A stretch of 64,000 nt of DNA from an uncultured delta proteobacterium (GTDB taxonomy: Bacteria > Desulfobacterota > Binatia > UBA9968), in contig CAVUVW010000027.1 in the NCBI GenBank assembly GCA_963745035.1, forward strand, positions 288,001-352,000, read 5' to 3'. Within the stretch, counting starts at the first letter, position 1; each line of letters starts with the position of its first letter. A program made the position numbers and the translations under genes. This document shows positions 57,049 to 64,000 of the stretch, one piece after another. Under the pieces are notes generated by a model. That model saw only the letters and a program-made list of their open reading frames with translations. It was not told where the DNA came from and searched no databases.

Positions 57049-57156
57049 AATTTTTCTCCAATGACGCGGGCGATCCTAGCGCAGCCGGTCGCCCGGATCA
57101 ACGGCCAGGGCAGTCGCACGCGCTCGCTTCGAGCGCAAGCCCCGCATACGCGCCGG

Positions 57157-57303
57157 CTATTTTCGGTAAAACATAAATAGAAAATCTTCAATCACTTTGA
57201 GGAGCGGCTTGCCAAGAAAGTACTCGGTAGCGAAACTGATGATGCCGAAGGCAACCAGGAGCAAGATCAGAAAAGAGAGTATCGCGCCAACTACGGACTT
57301 CAC
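57157..57303 (-). CDS. Unannotated 48-aa membrane protein
   Basis: GTG start after GGGGA; MKSVVGAILSFLILLLVAFGIISFATEYFLGKPLLKVIEDFLFMFYRK. Confidence 0.55.
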   Translation of the reverse strand: MKSVVGAILSFLILLLVAFGIISFATEYFLGKPLLKVIEDFLFMFYRK

Positions 57304-57421
57304 GGTCAATCATCCCCGAAGCCGCCAACAGTTTGCCAGTGTCGGAAGGGAAAGCGGCGGCTGTGATTCACTGCCAGCAGACGTCCAATCAATCGGAACG
57401 GTCCATCTTTCTCAAGCAAGA

Positions 57422-58978
57422 TCAATTCGCCGTTGCCGCGGCTGCGCAACAGGCGATTTGCGCCGACTTCGGCGCACCTTGCGCAGGCGCTTCCCACACG
57501 GTGCGCAGGTCCGGCGAATACGGATAACGAATGCCGTTTTCCTCGAGGATTTTCGCCGTCGCATCCATCAAGTCGGCGCGATTGAACACCATGGTCTCGT
57601 GGGTCAGCACGCCGGAGTTGGCGAATTTGAAACTGACCTGCTCGTCACGATTGTCTCGCAGGATCTCGACCAGGTGCTGCAGGTTCTGTACCTGAACGCC
57701 GTTGATTTCGCTGAGCACGGCGCGATTGGGATCATCGTAGCCCTGAGTAATGCGATGAGGAAACAGCGGCGAGGCGACGATGACCAGCTCTTCGCTTTCA
57801 AAAGTCGGCTTGTCGAAGCGCCGTGTCACCAATGGGCTCGGCCGCCGGCCCATGGACGGCGGGCGCTGGTTGCCGAGGCGCTCCAAATAATCCTGCGTGG
57901 TCTGTGAGAAAACGAACGGACCGAAAATGAAGTAGCGCGGCGTCTGGTTCATCAAATAAGGAATGACCAATTCCCGCTGCGTGCGCACCGGCAGCTTGAT
58001 TTCCGTGAGCCGACCGTCGCGGTAGATGGTCAGCGGCAGGAGGCCGTTCTTGGCGTATTTTTGCACGAGGTAGGACGAGGACAAGCGGAGATCGTAGCGC
58101 ACGGCGACTTTGCCGTCGCTGTCGATGGGCATATCGCCGATCTTGGTGACCACGTCCCATTCCTGCAGCGGATAGCTCGGTTCGCTCTTGTAGGGCTGGG
58201 CGATCATGACGCCGTTGACGCCTTTTGGCAGGCCCAGGCGCCTGCGCAGCGCTTCATTTTCCACGGTTTGAACCAGGTCAAAAACCTGCGGTTTGCCGTC
58301 GTAAACGCCGTCCGCGACGTCGTTCAAGAAGAGCTGGATCTCCTCGACGGGAATCAGGTAGCCTATGTTCTGCGCGTTTTGGATCAGGCTGAACACAAGT
58401 CCAACGAGCTTGCCGTCGGAGACCGCCGGACCGCCGCTGTTGCCGAAGTTGAGCGCCGCATCGACCTGAATGCGCAAGCCGGAGGACTGGTAGTAATAAT
58501 CCGTGTATTCGATGCGTGAGACGATTCCTTGGGTAACCGAGAGCTCGGTGCCGCCGGTCGGATAGCCGTACACGTTGACCGAGTCTTTGACCCGCGGCAG
58601 CTCCCCGGCAAAGGGCAGACTGCCGCGTTTTTCGAAGAACGATTCGTCGTCGAGCCGCAAAATAGCCAAGTCCATTCCCGGCGTAATCGCCTCGACCCGG
58701 GCGGGGATATAGCTCGCGGATTGATTTGGCTGCACGTAAATCTGGGTTGCATATTTGACGACGTGGGCATTGGTCAGGATGCGCCGGCCGTCGATGACCA
58801 CTCCCGAGCCCTTCACTTGTTGCGGGCTCATTCTTGCCCAGGGACGAAACAGGTCCGGACTGTGGTGTGTTGCGTGGATCTTGACGACGAGATCGCGAAT
58901 GGTGTCCTGAGCGTACAGTCCGTCGGTCAGAACAAGACAAAAGAATAGCACAAACAAGCCCGCGGCAATTCGGTGCAT
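57422..58978 (-). CDS. Trypsin-like serine protease with PDZ domains (HtrA/Deg2-like)
   Basis: Signal peptide, TNAHVV, DLAIL, QVDAALNFGNSGGP triad. Confidence 0.9.
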   Translation of the reverse strand: MHRIAAGLFVLFFCLVLTDGLYAQDTIRDLVVKIHATHHSPDLFRPWARMSPQQVKGSGVVIDGRRILTNAHVVKYATQIYVQPNQSASYIPARVEAITPGMDLAILRLDDESFFEKRGSLPFAGELPRVKDSVNVYGYPTGGTELSVTQGIVSRIEYTDYYYQSSGLRIQVDAALNFGNSGGPAVSDGKLVGLVFSLIQNAQNIGYLIPVEEIQLFLNDVADGVYDGKPQVFDLVQTVENEALRRRLGLPKGVNGVMIAQPYKSEPSYPLQEWDVVTKIGDMPIDSDGKVAVRYDLRLSSSYLVQKYAKNGLLPLTIYRDGRLTEIKLPVRTQRELVIPYLMNQTPRYFIFGPFVFSQTTQDYLERLGNQRPPSMGRRPSPLVTRRFDKPTFESEELVIVASPLFPHRITQGYDDPNRAVLSEINGVQVQNLQHLVEILRDNRDEQVSFKFANSGVLTHETMVFNRADLMDATAKILEENGIRYPYSPDLRTVWEAPAQGAPKSAQIACCAAAATAN

Positions 58979-59122
58979 GGCGTCTCCCTTGTTCGATGCG
59001 TTTCGCAAAACAGGCAGCATTATTATACAAAAAGGGTTCAAAGTTAAGGCCAATGAGTCGGCGGGAAAGCCGTCTTTGCCTGGCGCTCGGTGGTCTAGTA
59101 CATCGGGTGAACCTCATCCGCG

Positions 59123-59341
59123 ATGACACCCGAGACGATCGCCCTCCTTGCTTCGATTTCCTTCGCTTTATTTGCCGTTTACGGCTGGCTGGGCTTGCGT
59201 TCTTCAACGCCCCTCACCGCCACGATCGTTTCCCTGGCGGCGCGCACGATCACCCTCGGCACCGCGGTGGCGCTGAGCGGCGGCGTGCCCGAGTACGAGC
59301 TGGCGGCCATGACCGTGTTCGCGATCGCGTTGGGGAGATAA
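59123..59341 (+). pseudogene. Truncated EamA/DMT transporter fragment
   Basis: IALLASISFAL..GLRSSTPLTATIVSL; only about three TM helices before the stop. Confidence 0.6.
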
Positions 59342-59427
59342 TCGCTTGGGCAAGATCATACTTGACGACTTGAAGCGCTAAGGCGTATCGATAGCCGTGG
59401 AGACTTTGCAGTTATTTAGGAGGAGCC

Positions 59428-59736
59428 ATGTGGTATCTCGTTTTACGCCGGCCGGTGCAGCCGCGCGAAGAATGGACGGTGAGCTTGGATGAGCACCTCG
59501 TGTGGATGAAGCAGCAGCACGAGGCGGGAAGAATTCTTTTCTCCGGCCCGACAACGGACCGGAAGTACGGCGTCTACGTTATCCGCGCTCCCAGCAAAGA
59601 GGAAGCCGAAGGAATCGCGGCGACCGACCCGTACACGGCGGCCGGATTCGCCGCGTTCGAATTGCTCGAATGGGAGGTGCATCAGATCATGGGGGTCGGG
59701 CCGTTTACAGCGGCGGAAATGCGCGCGCACCGATAG
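59428..59736 (+). CDS. YciI family protein
   Basis: EHLVWM..GRILFSGP..A.SKEEAE..DPYT; AGGAG SD. Confidence 0.85.
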   Translation: MWYLVLRRPVQPREEWTVSLDEHLVWMKQQHEAGRILFSGPTTDRKYGVYVIRAPSKEEAEGIAATDPYTAAGFAAFELLEWEVHQIMGVGPFTAAEMRAHR

Positions 59737-59800
59737 CGGTGCGCATTCGCGATGCGAGAGAAGCCCCGAAAATTTTTTTTGCATGGGTCACAAAATCATC

Positions 59801-59829
59801 TTGACACGGACGATGGACGGCGTTACGAA
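59801..59829 (+). promoter_or_regulatory. Putative sigma70 promoter
   Basis: TTGACA-17 nt-TACGAA (imperfect -10). Confidence 0.45.
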
Positions 59830-59833
59830 TTGA

Positions 59834-60150
59834 GTAGCCCCAAACTCCCAAGGGGCGGGAAGAGCGAAAGGAGCAGGCTGTTGGCGCTCTTCTGGAAACG
59901 GAGGTTTTATGGCGGGAGAAGATAGTCCACCGGGCCATGTAGGCCCGCTGGCGGCGGGCGCGGGCAGTTCGATCGAGTTACCTGTCAGCCATCGAGCTGT
60001 GTGAATCAAGCCCTCAATCTCTGCGCCAAGTGGCGCGAACCCCAAGGCGGGGTCACTCAGCAGGTTGGGCTTCCTCAAAAGCAGACTCGACACCTCGGCG
60101 ACGGGAGGCAAAATCGGACCAAGCCGGCGTAGCACGAGCAAGCGGGCTGC
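59834..60150 (+). ncRNA. Candidate large structured non-coding RNA (unassigned)
   Basis: Ends can pair (GTAGCCC/GGGCTGC); at least seven helices, GAAA and GCGA tetraloops; flanked by a promoter-like sequence and a terminator; no convincing long ORF. Confidence 0.6.
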
Positions 60151-60195
60151 AGCGATAAAAATCAAATAAAACTTAACTGGCGCGATGGCGTCAAC

Positions 60196-60237
60196 AAACG
60201 GGCGGACCGGTAAAAGGCTCCGCCCGTTTTGTTTTTT
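60196..60237 (+). terminator. Intrinsic terminator (probably bidirectional)
   Basis: AAACGGGCGGA..TCCGCCCGTTT then TGTTTTTT on the + strand. Confidence 0.8.
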
Positions 60238-60247
60238 GGCGCTGCGA

Positions 60248-60961
60248 TCAGCCTTCGCGAAGAAGTTTTCCGTAGTTTTCGATGGGCGCTTTGATGCCGA
60301 GGGTGTTCATCACCCACCAGAGGGAGGCGGCCGTGCTCGAGACCACCGGTTTGCCGGTGTCGTCTTCGAGTTCCTGTACGTAGCCGACCGAGCGCCATCG
60401 GCCCTGGATCAACAGGCTGTCCACTTCCGGGTACGCTAGAAACAGATCGCGGGCGACTTTATACGAGGCGTAATCGGGCAGCTTTACTTGATCGACCGGT
60501 TTGGCGACTTCCAGTCCCTTGATGGCGAGCACTTTGAGACCGCCGTCTTCGTAGTATTTCTTCACGGCTTGGTTGATGGTTTCTTTGTACGCCGTGGCGA
60601 TCACCGTCGTGCGAACTTTCAAGTGCTTGAGGCCTTCGACGGTCGCGCTCATCGCGGTGCTGACCGGTAAGCCGACCTGGCGCGACAGCTTGGCGACGAC
60701 TTCCTGTTCGGCCGCATAGCCGCGTTGAGTGCCGAGAGTGATGCCGCCCATGAGAATCGCGTCGCATTCCTCGGCGGCGAAGATGCCGAGCCCGGCGCCG
60801 AGCGCGTCGATGGCCTTGTTGAATTCAGTTTCCGTGTGAGCCTGGACGTTCAAGCCGGAGGCTACCATGGTGAAGCCTTTGGGTAGGATCAAGTCCCAAT
60901 CCGACGGTGTTTCAAAAACCGACGGCGACAGATATCCGATACGCGCTTTCCAGCCAGACAA
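60248..60961 (-). CDS. Arylmalonate decarboxylase / maleate isomerase (Asp/Glu racemase) family protein
   Basis: WKARIGYLSPS, ATAY..IN, ELEDDTGKPVVSS..ASLW..GKLL. Confidence 0.75.
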   Translation of the reverse strand: MSGWKARIGYLSPSVFETPSDWDLILPKGFTMVASGLNVQAHTETEFNKAIDALGAGLGIFAAEECDAILMGGITLGTQRGYAAEQEVVAKLSRQVGLPVSTAMSATVEGLKHLKVRTTVIATAYKETINQAVKKYYEDGGLKVLAIKGLEVAKPVDQVKLPDYASYKVARDLFLAYPEVDSLLIQGRWRSVGYVQELEDDTGKPVVSSTAASLWWVMNTLGIKAPIENYGKLLREG

Positions 60962-61153
60962 GTGCTTTCTCCTTACAGTCGATATCTACGGCAGTCCGCT
61001 CTTCTTATCCCAATAGGCAATTCAAGAAAAGTCCCGCCCCCTCGCTGGGACTTTCGAAGCGTGATGTCTGCGGTCGAGAAACCGCTAGACATGGCGCTCG
61101 ATTCCAAGTTAAGGATTTTGGCCGGGTGACGAGTTCAATAGGAGGACTTGGCC

Positions 61154-62188
61154 ATGCGACTTTGGTATCGAAGCATCTTCACGCGGGGCAGACTCCCGGG
61201 GCGTTCGATTCGGCACACGTTGATCGTTCTATTGTTCGCGAGCGCGATCGTTTGTGTGACTCACGTCATTCCCGCCGCCGCTCAAACCGAGCTCAAGAAA
61301 CTGCGCATCAGCATGTCGAGCACCGGGATGCCGTCGATTCAACTCTTCATCGCCCGGGAAAAAGGTTTTTTCCGCGACGAGGGCTTCGATCCACAACTGA
61401 TCCGGATGAGCGCCAACGCGGCGATCGCCGCGGGCGTGGCCGGCGAGCTGGATGCGCTCGGCTCGGTGGGGAGCGCCGTGCGCGGGATCATGCGCGGCGC
61501 GCCGCTGCGTATCGTTTCGGTGGATTTGCGCCGGCCGATCTTCTGGCTGATCTCGCGTCCGGAATTTCGCACGGCGAAGGAGTTGAAGGGCAAGGTGCTC
61601 GGCATCGTGACCATCAACGGCAGCCAACATTCGGCGGCGCGCAAAATGCTCGCACTCCATGGCGTCGACGCGGACAAGGAGCTGACGTTTTCTCAGGTCG
61701 GCGACGAGGCGACCCAGCTTCAGGCTTTGATCAGCGGCTCGATTCAAGTGTCCGCGCTGACGCCGCCGTACGTGTTTCTGGCGCGCGACAAGTTCAAGAT
61801 GAACGTGCTGGAGAGCTCCATCGACAAATTTCCCAGCATCCAGCAGGGCGTCGGCGTGCAAGTGAAAACGTTACAAGACCAGCCGGACTGGCTGAGAAGA
61901 CTTCTGCGCGTAAAGGTGAAGGCCGCGCGCTTCTTCCATGAGAACGAGAAAGAGACGGCCGAGATTCTCGCGCGGGTGTGGAAGAGCGATCTGGCGACGG
62001 CGACCGAGTGGTACCGGCGCTGCAAGCCGGCGTTCACCGCCACGAGCATTCCCACCGACGACGAGATCAAGGAATTCCTCGCCGAAGAAGCCCAGGCGCT
62101 CAAGGTGACCGAGCCGGTGCCGGCGTCGCGAGTCTTCGATTTCAGTTTGCAAAGGGCTGTGAATAAGGAACTCGGGATCAAGGGATGA
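61154..62188 (+). CDS. ABC substrate-binding protein (NMT1/SsuA-like)
   Basis: Signal peptide, AREKGFFRDEG, ELKGKVLG, FDFSL..VNKELG. Confidence 0.85.
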   Translation: MRLWYRSIFTRGRLPGRSIRHTLIVLLFASAIVCVTHVIPAAAQTELKKLRISMSSTGMPSIQLFIAREKGFFRDEGFDPQLIRMSANAAIAAGVAGELDALGSVGSAVRGIMRGAPLRIVSVDLRRPIFWLISRPEFRTAKELKGKVLGIVTINGSQHSAARKMLALHGVDADKELTFSQVGDEATQLQALISGSIQVSALTPPYVFLARDKFKMNVLESSIDKFPSIQQGVGVQVKTLQDQPDWLRRLLRVKVKAARFFHENEKETAEILARVWKSDLATATEWYRRCKPAFTATSIPTDDEIKEFLAEEAQALKVTEPVPASRVFDFSLQRAVNKELGIKG

Positions 62189-62192
62189 TCGG

Positions 62193-62223
62193 TGTTCAAG
62201 TCGTTCAAAACGTTCAAGCCGTT
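62193..62223 (+). repeat. GTTCAA 9-mer repeat element, copy 4
   Basis: TGTTCAAGT-CGTTCAAAA-CGTTCAAGC-CGTT. Confidence 0.75.
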
Positions 62224-62318
62224 TGGTCGTGGCTATTAAATACGAGTTTCGGCTCGTTTATATCCGTTTCATTGGCACCCATGCCGAGTACGACAAAATC
62301 AAGGCAGAAGAGGTCTGA
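62220..62318 (+). pseudogene. higB: C-terminal remnant of a HigB toxin
   Basis: RLVVAIKYEFRLVYIRFIGTHAEYDKIKAEEV* is a typical HigB C-terminus; it ends 1 nt before the higA start. Confidence 0.78.
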
Positions 62319-62319
62319 C

Positions 62320-62670
62320 ATGACGATCAAACCGATCAAAACCGAACGGGACTATCAGAAAGCCCTCAAAGAAATTGAAAAGCTTTGGGACGCCAAGCCG
62401 AACACCGCAAAGGGCGACCGGTTGGAGGTGCTAGTCACCCTAGTCGAGGCCTATGAACAAAAGCATCACAGCATCGATCCTCCCGATCCGATCGAAGCCA
62501 TCAAGTTCCGCATGGAACAGCTTGATCTCAAGCCATCGGACCTGGCGGATATTCTCGGGGGCCGGAGTCGAGTATCGGAAATTCTCAACAAGAAAAGAAA
62601 ACTGACAGTTGAGATGATGCGCTCTTTGCGAAAACGTCTCGCTATCCCCGCCGATTCGCTACTTGCATGA
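62320..62670 (+). CDS. higA: HigA-type antitoxin (HTH)
   Basis: IKPIKTERDY..DRLEVLVTLVEAYE..PDPIEAIKFRMEQ..SRVSEILNKKRKLT. Confidence 0.88.
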   Translation: MTIKPIKTERDYQKALKEIEKLWDAKPNTAKGDRLEVLVTLVEAYEQKHHSIDPPDPIEAIKFRMEQLDLKPSDLADILGGRSRVSEILNKKRKLTVEMMRSLRKRLAIPADSLLA

Positions 62671-62680
62671 GAGGCACGGT

Positions 62681-62725
62681 TGTCCGCGTTGACGCCGCCG
62701 TACGTTTTTCTGGCCCGCGACAAGT
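62681..62725 (+). repeat. 45-bp direct repeat of 61749-61793
   Basis: 42/45 identical; encodes SALTPPYVFLARDK of the upstream binding-protein gene. Confidence 0.85.
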
Positions 62726-62798
62726 GATAAAAACCGCACAAAGTCATTATTAGTTAAAGTGATGCGAATAACCGGTCTCGCGATTTCCGGAGGGCTCC

Positions 62799-63782
62799 AT
62801 GAGAGCGAAAGCCATCGCCGCGTTGCTCGTTGTGGTCTTTGCTGGGCAGTGGTCCGATCCGGCCTTCGGCCAGTCACGAAAAAGATTGCGCTTGTCGCTG
62901 TCGTCGACCAATGTGGCGCTGCTGCCGACCTTCGCGGCGGTGGACAGGGGCATTTTCCGCGACGAAGGTTTCGATGTCGAGCTCATCCACATGGCGGCGA
63001 CGCTGGCGAGCACCGCGCTCATGACCGGCGATCTCGATTACAACGGCGCGGCCACCGGCGTGATCAGCGCGGCAGTGCAGGGCCGGCCCATGAAGGTTTT
63101 GAGTTTCACCGTGTCGCGGCCGCTGCTCTTCCTCATGAGCAAAAAGGATATCAAGGAGCCGCGCGATCTGCGCGGAAAGAGAGTCGCAGGCAGCACGCCG
63201 GGCGCGTCGGCGACCTTGCTGGCCGTACAGGCGCTGCGACAGTTGGGCCTGGAGCCCGGGCGGGACGTTTCGATATTGCCCATGGGCGGCGCCGCCTCCG
63301 GCCGTCTCGCGGTGCTGGAGTCGGGCGCGGTGGATGCCGCCTTGCTTTCGGTGCCGGAGAATATTCTCGCCCGCGAGAGAGGCTTCAACGAGCTATTGTT
63401 CGTCGGTGAAAGCATCGAGTTCGCGCAGGCGGGCCTCGGCACGACGGACAAGAGAATCAAGGAAAACCCAGACGAAGTCTATCGGGTGGTGCGAGCGCAG
63501 TTGCGCAGCGTCATGTTTCTGCTCGACAAGAGCCGCCAGAACGAGATCGTCGAAATGATCATGAAGCGTTGGAAGCTCGGCGATCGCAAGATGGCGGAGT
63601 CGATGTTTCAAGACCTTTCGCGGGTGCTGGCCAAAGACGCGATGGTCACCCAAGCTTCGATCCAGTCGCTCATCGACTCCGCGCGCGAGAGCGCCAAAGT
63701 GGCGCGGCCGATAAAAATCGAAGAAGTCGCCGATTTCCGTTTTCTCGAACGCGCCCGCAAAGAGCTCGGCTTCACGAAATAG
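62799..63782 (+). CDS. ABC substrate-binding protein (NMT1/SsuA-like)
   Basis: Signal peptide, RGIFRDEGFDVE, DLRGKRVA, ADFRFLERARKELG. Confidence 0.85.
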   Translation: MRAKAIAALLVVVFAGQWSDPAFGQSRKRLRLSLSSTNVALLPTFAAVDRGIFRDEGFDVELIHMAATLASTALMTGDLDYNGAATGVISAAVQGRPMKVLSFTVSRPLLFLMSKKDIKEPRDLRGKRVAGSTPGASATLLAVQALRQLGLEPGRDVSILPMGGAASGRLAVLESGAVDAALLSVPENILARERGFNELLFVGESIEFAQAGLGTTDKRIKENPDEVYRVVRAQLRSVMFLLDKSRQNEIVEMIMKRWKLGDRKMAESMFQDLSRVLAKDAMVTQASIQSLIDSARESAKVARPIKIEEVADFRFLERARKELGFTK

Positions 63783-63807
63783 CGCGCCGCTTCCACTGGG
63801 ATGTTTC

Positions 63808-63839
63808 CCTGTTGCCTGTTGCCCGTTGCCTATTGCCTG
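63808..63839. repeat. Tandem heptamer (CCTGTTG)n
   Basis: CCTGTTG-CCTGTTG-CCCGTTG-CCTATTG-CCTG between convergent genes. Confidence 0.7.
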
Positions 63840-63858
63840 ATGTGGCAGCCCGCTAGTT

Positions 63859-64000
63859 TCAGTCGCGGATGTCCTGCAGGAACCATTCAGTCGGAATCTC
63901 CCGTCCCAGGCCGGCGCGCTTGGCGAGCTCGTAGACTTTACCCGCTACGGCGTGGAACTGAGCGCCCTGCAGATTGCCGCGCTCGGAGTAGGTGATCTGA
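63859..64000 (-). CDS. Ornithine cyclodeaminase / mu-crystallin family, C-terminal part (partial)
   Basis: QITYSERGNLQGAQFHAVAGKVYELAKRAGLGREIPTEWFLQDIRD*. Confidence 0.7.
   Translation of the reverse strand, partial: QITYSERGNLQGAQFHAVAGKVYELAKRAGLGREIPTEWFLQDIRD

Noticed and set aside
59917-60090. AAGATAGTCC and GCAGACT resembling group I intron S and R elements in permuted order
   Set aside because: The P7 pairing would be only 4 bp with flanking mismatches, and no P3/P4/P6 core or interrupted host gene is evident. Kept only as a hypothesis for covariance-model testing.
59788-60165. 125-aa minus-strand ORF across the candidate RNA
   Set aside because: Pro/Ala-rich with no family signature or SD; the promoter-like sequence and terminator point to + strand transcription.

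Overview
GC-rich bacterial chromosomal segment. Gene content and style suggest a deltaproteobacteria-like lineage, possibly Candidatus Binatia (inference). The first ~28.4 kb is core housekeeping: ptrB-like peptidase, rarA, the ffh-rpsP-khpA-rimM-trmD-rplS operon, groES-groEL, a peptidoglycan-recycling cluster (ldcA, serine hydrolase, mpl), folK, dapL, tRNA-fMet, coaD, rsmD, iscA/erpA, ftsY, smc, an HNH gene and rng. The rest is accessory catabolic and transport DNA: ABC systems, five MFS transporters, VOC enzymes, hydrolases, a rhodanese with a thiol dioxygenase, a DegP-like protease and NMT1-type binding proteins. Many genes are split by single-base frameshifts, most likely long-read errors. 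The best candidate for something undescribed is a ~320-nt, highly structured region at ~59.83-60.15 kb with no convincing long ORF, its own promoter-like sequence, a terminator and a possible switchable small ORF. Other signals: a DnaA-box cluster (10.16-10.45 kb), NrdR-like boxes upstream of smc, a non-CIRCE palindrome over the groESL -10 box, a GTTCAA repeat family that always sits just after stop codons and abuts a truncated higB, a 45-bp synonymously diverged direct repeat around the higBA remnant, and an unannotated 48-aa membrane protein. No database searches were run; all calls come from motif recognition.
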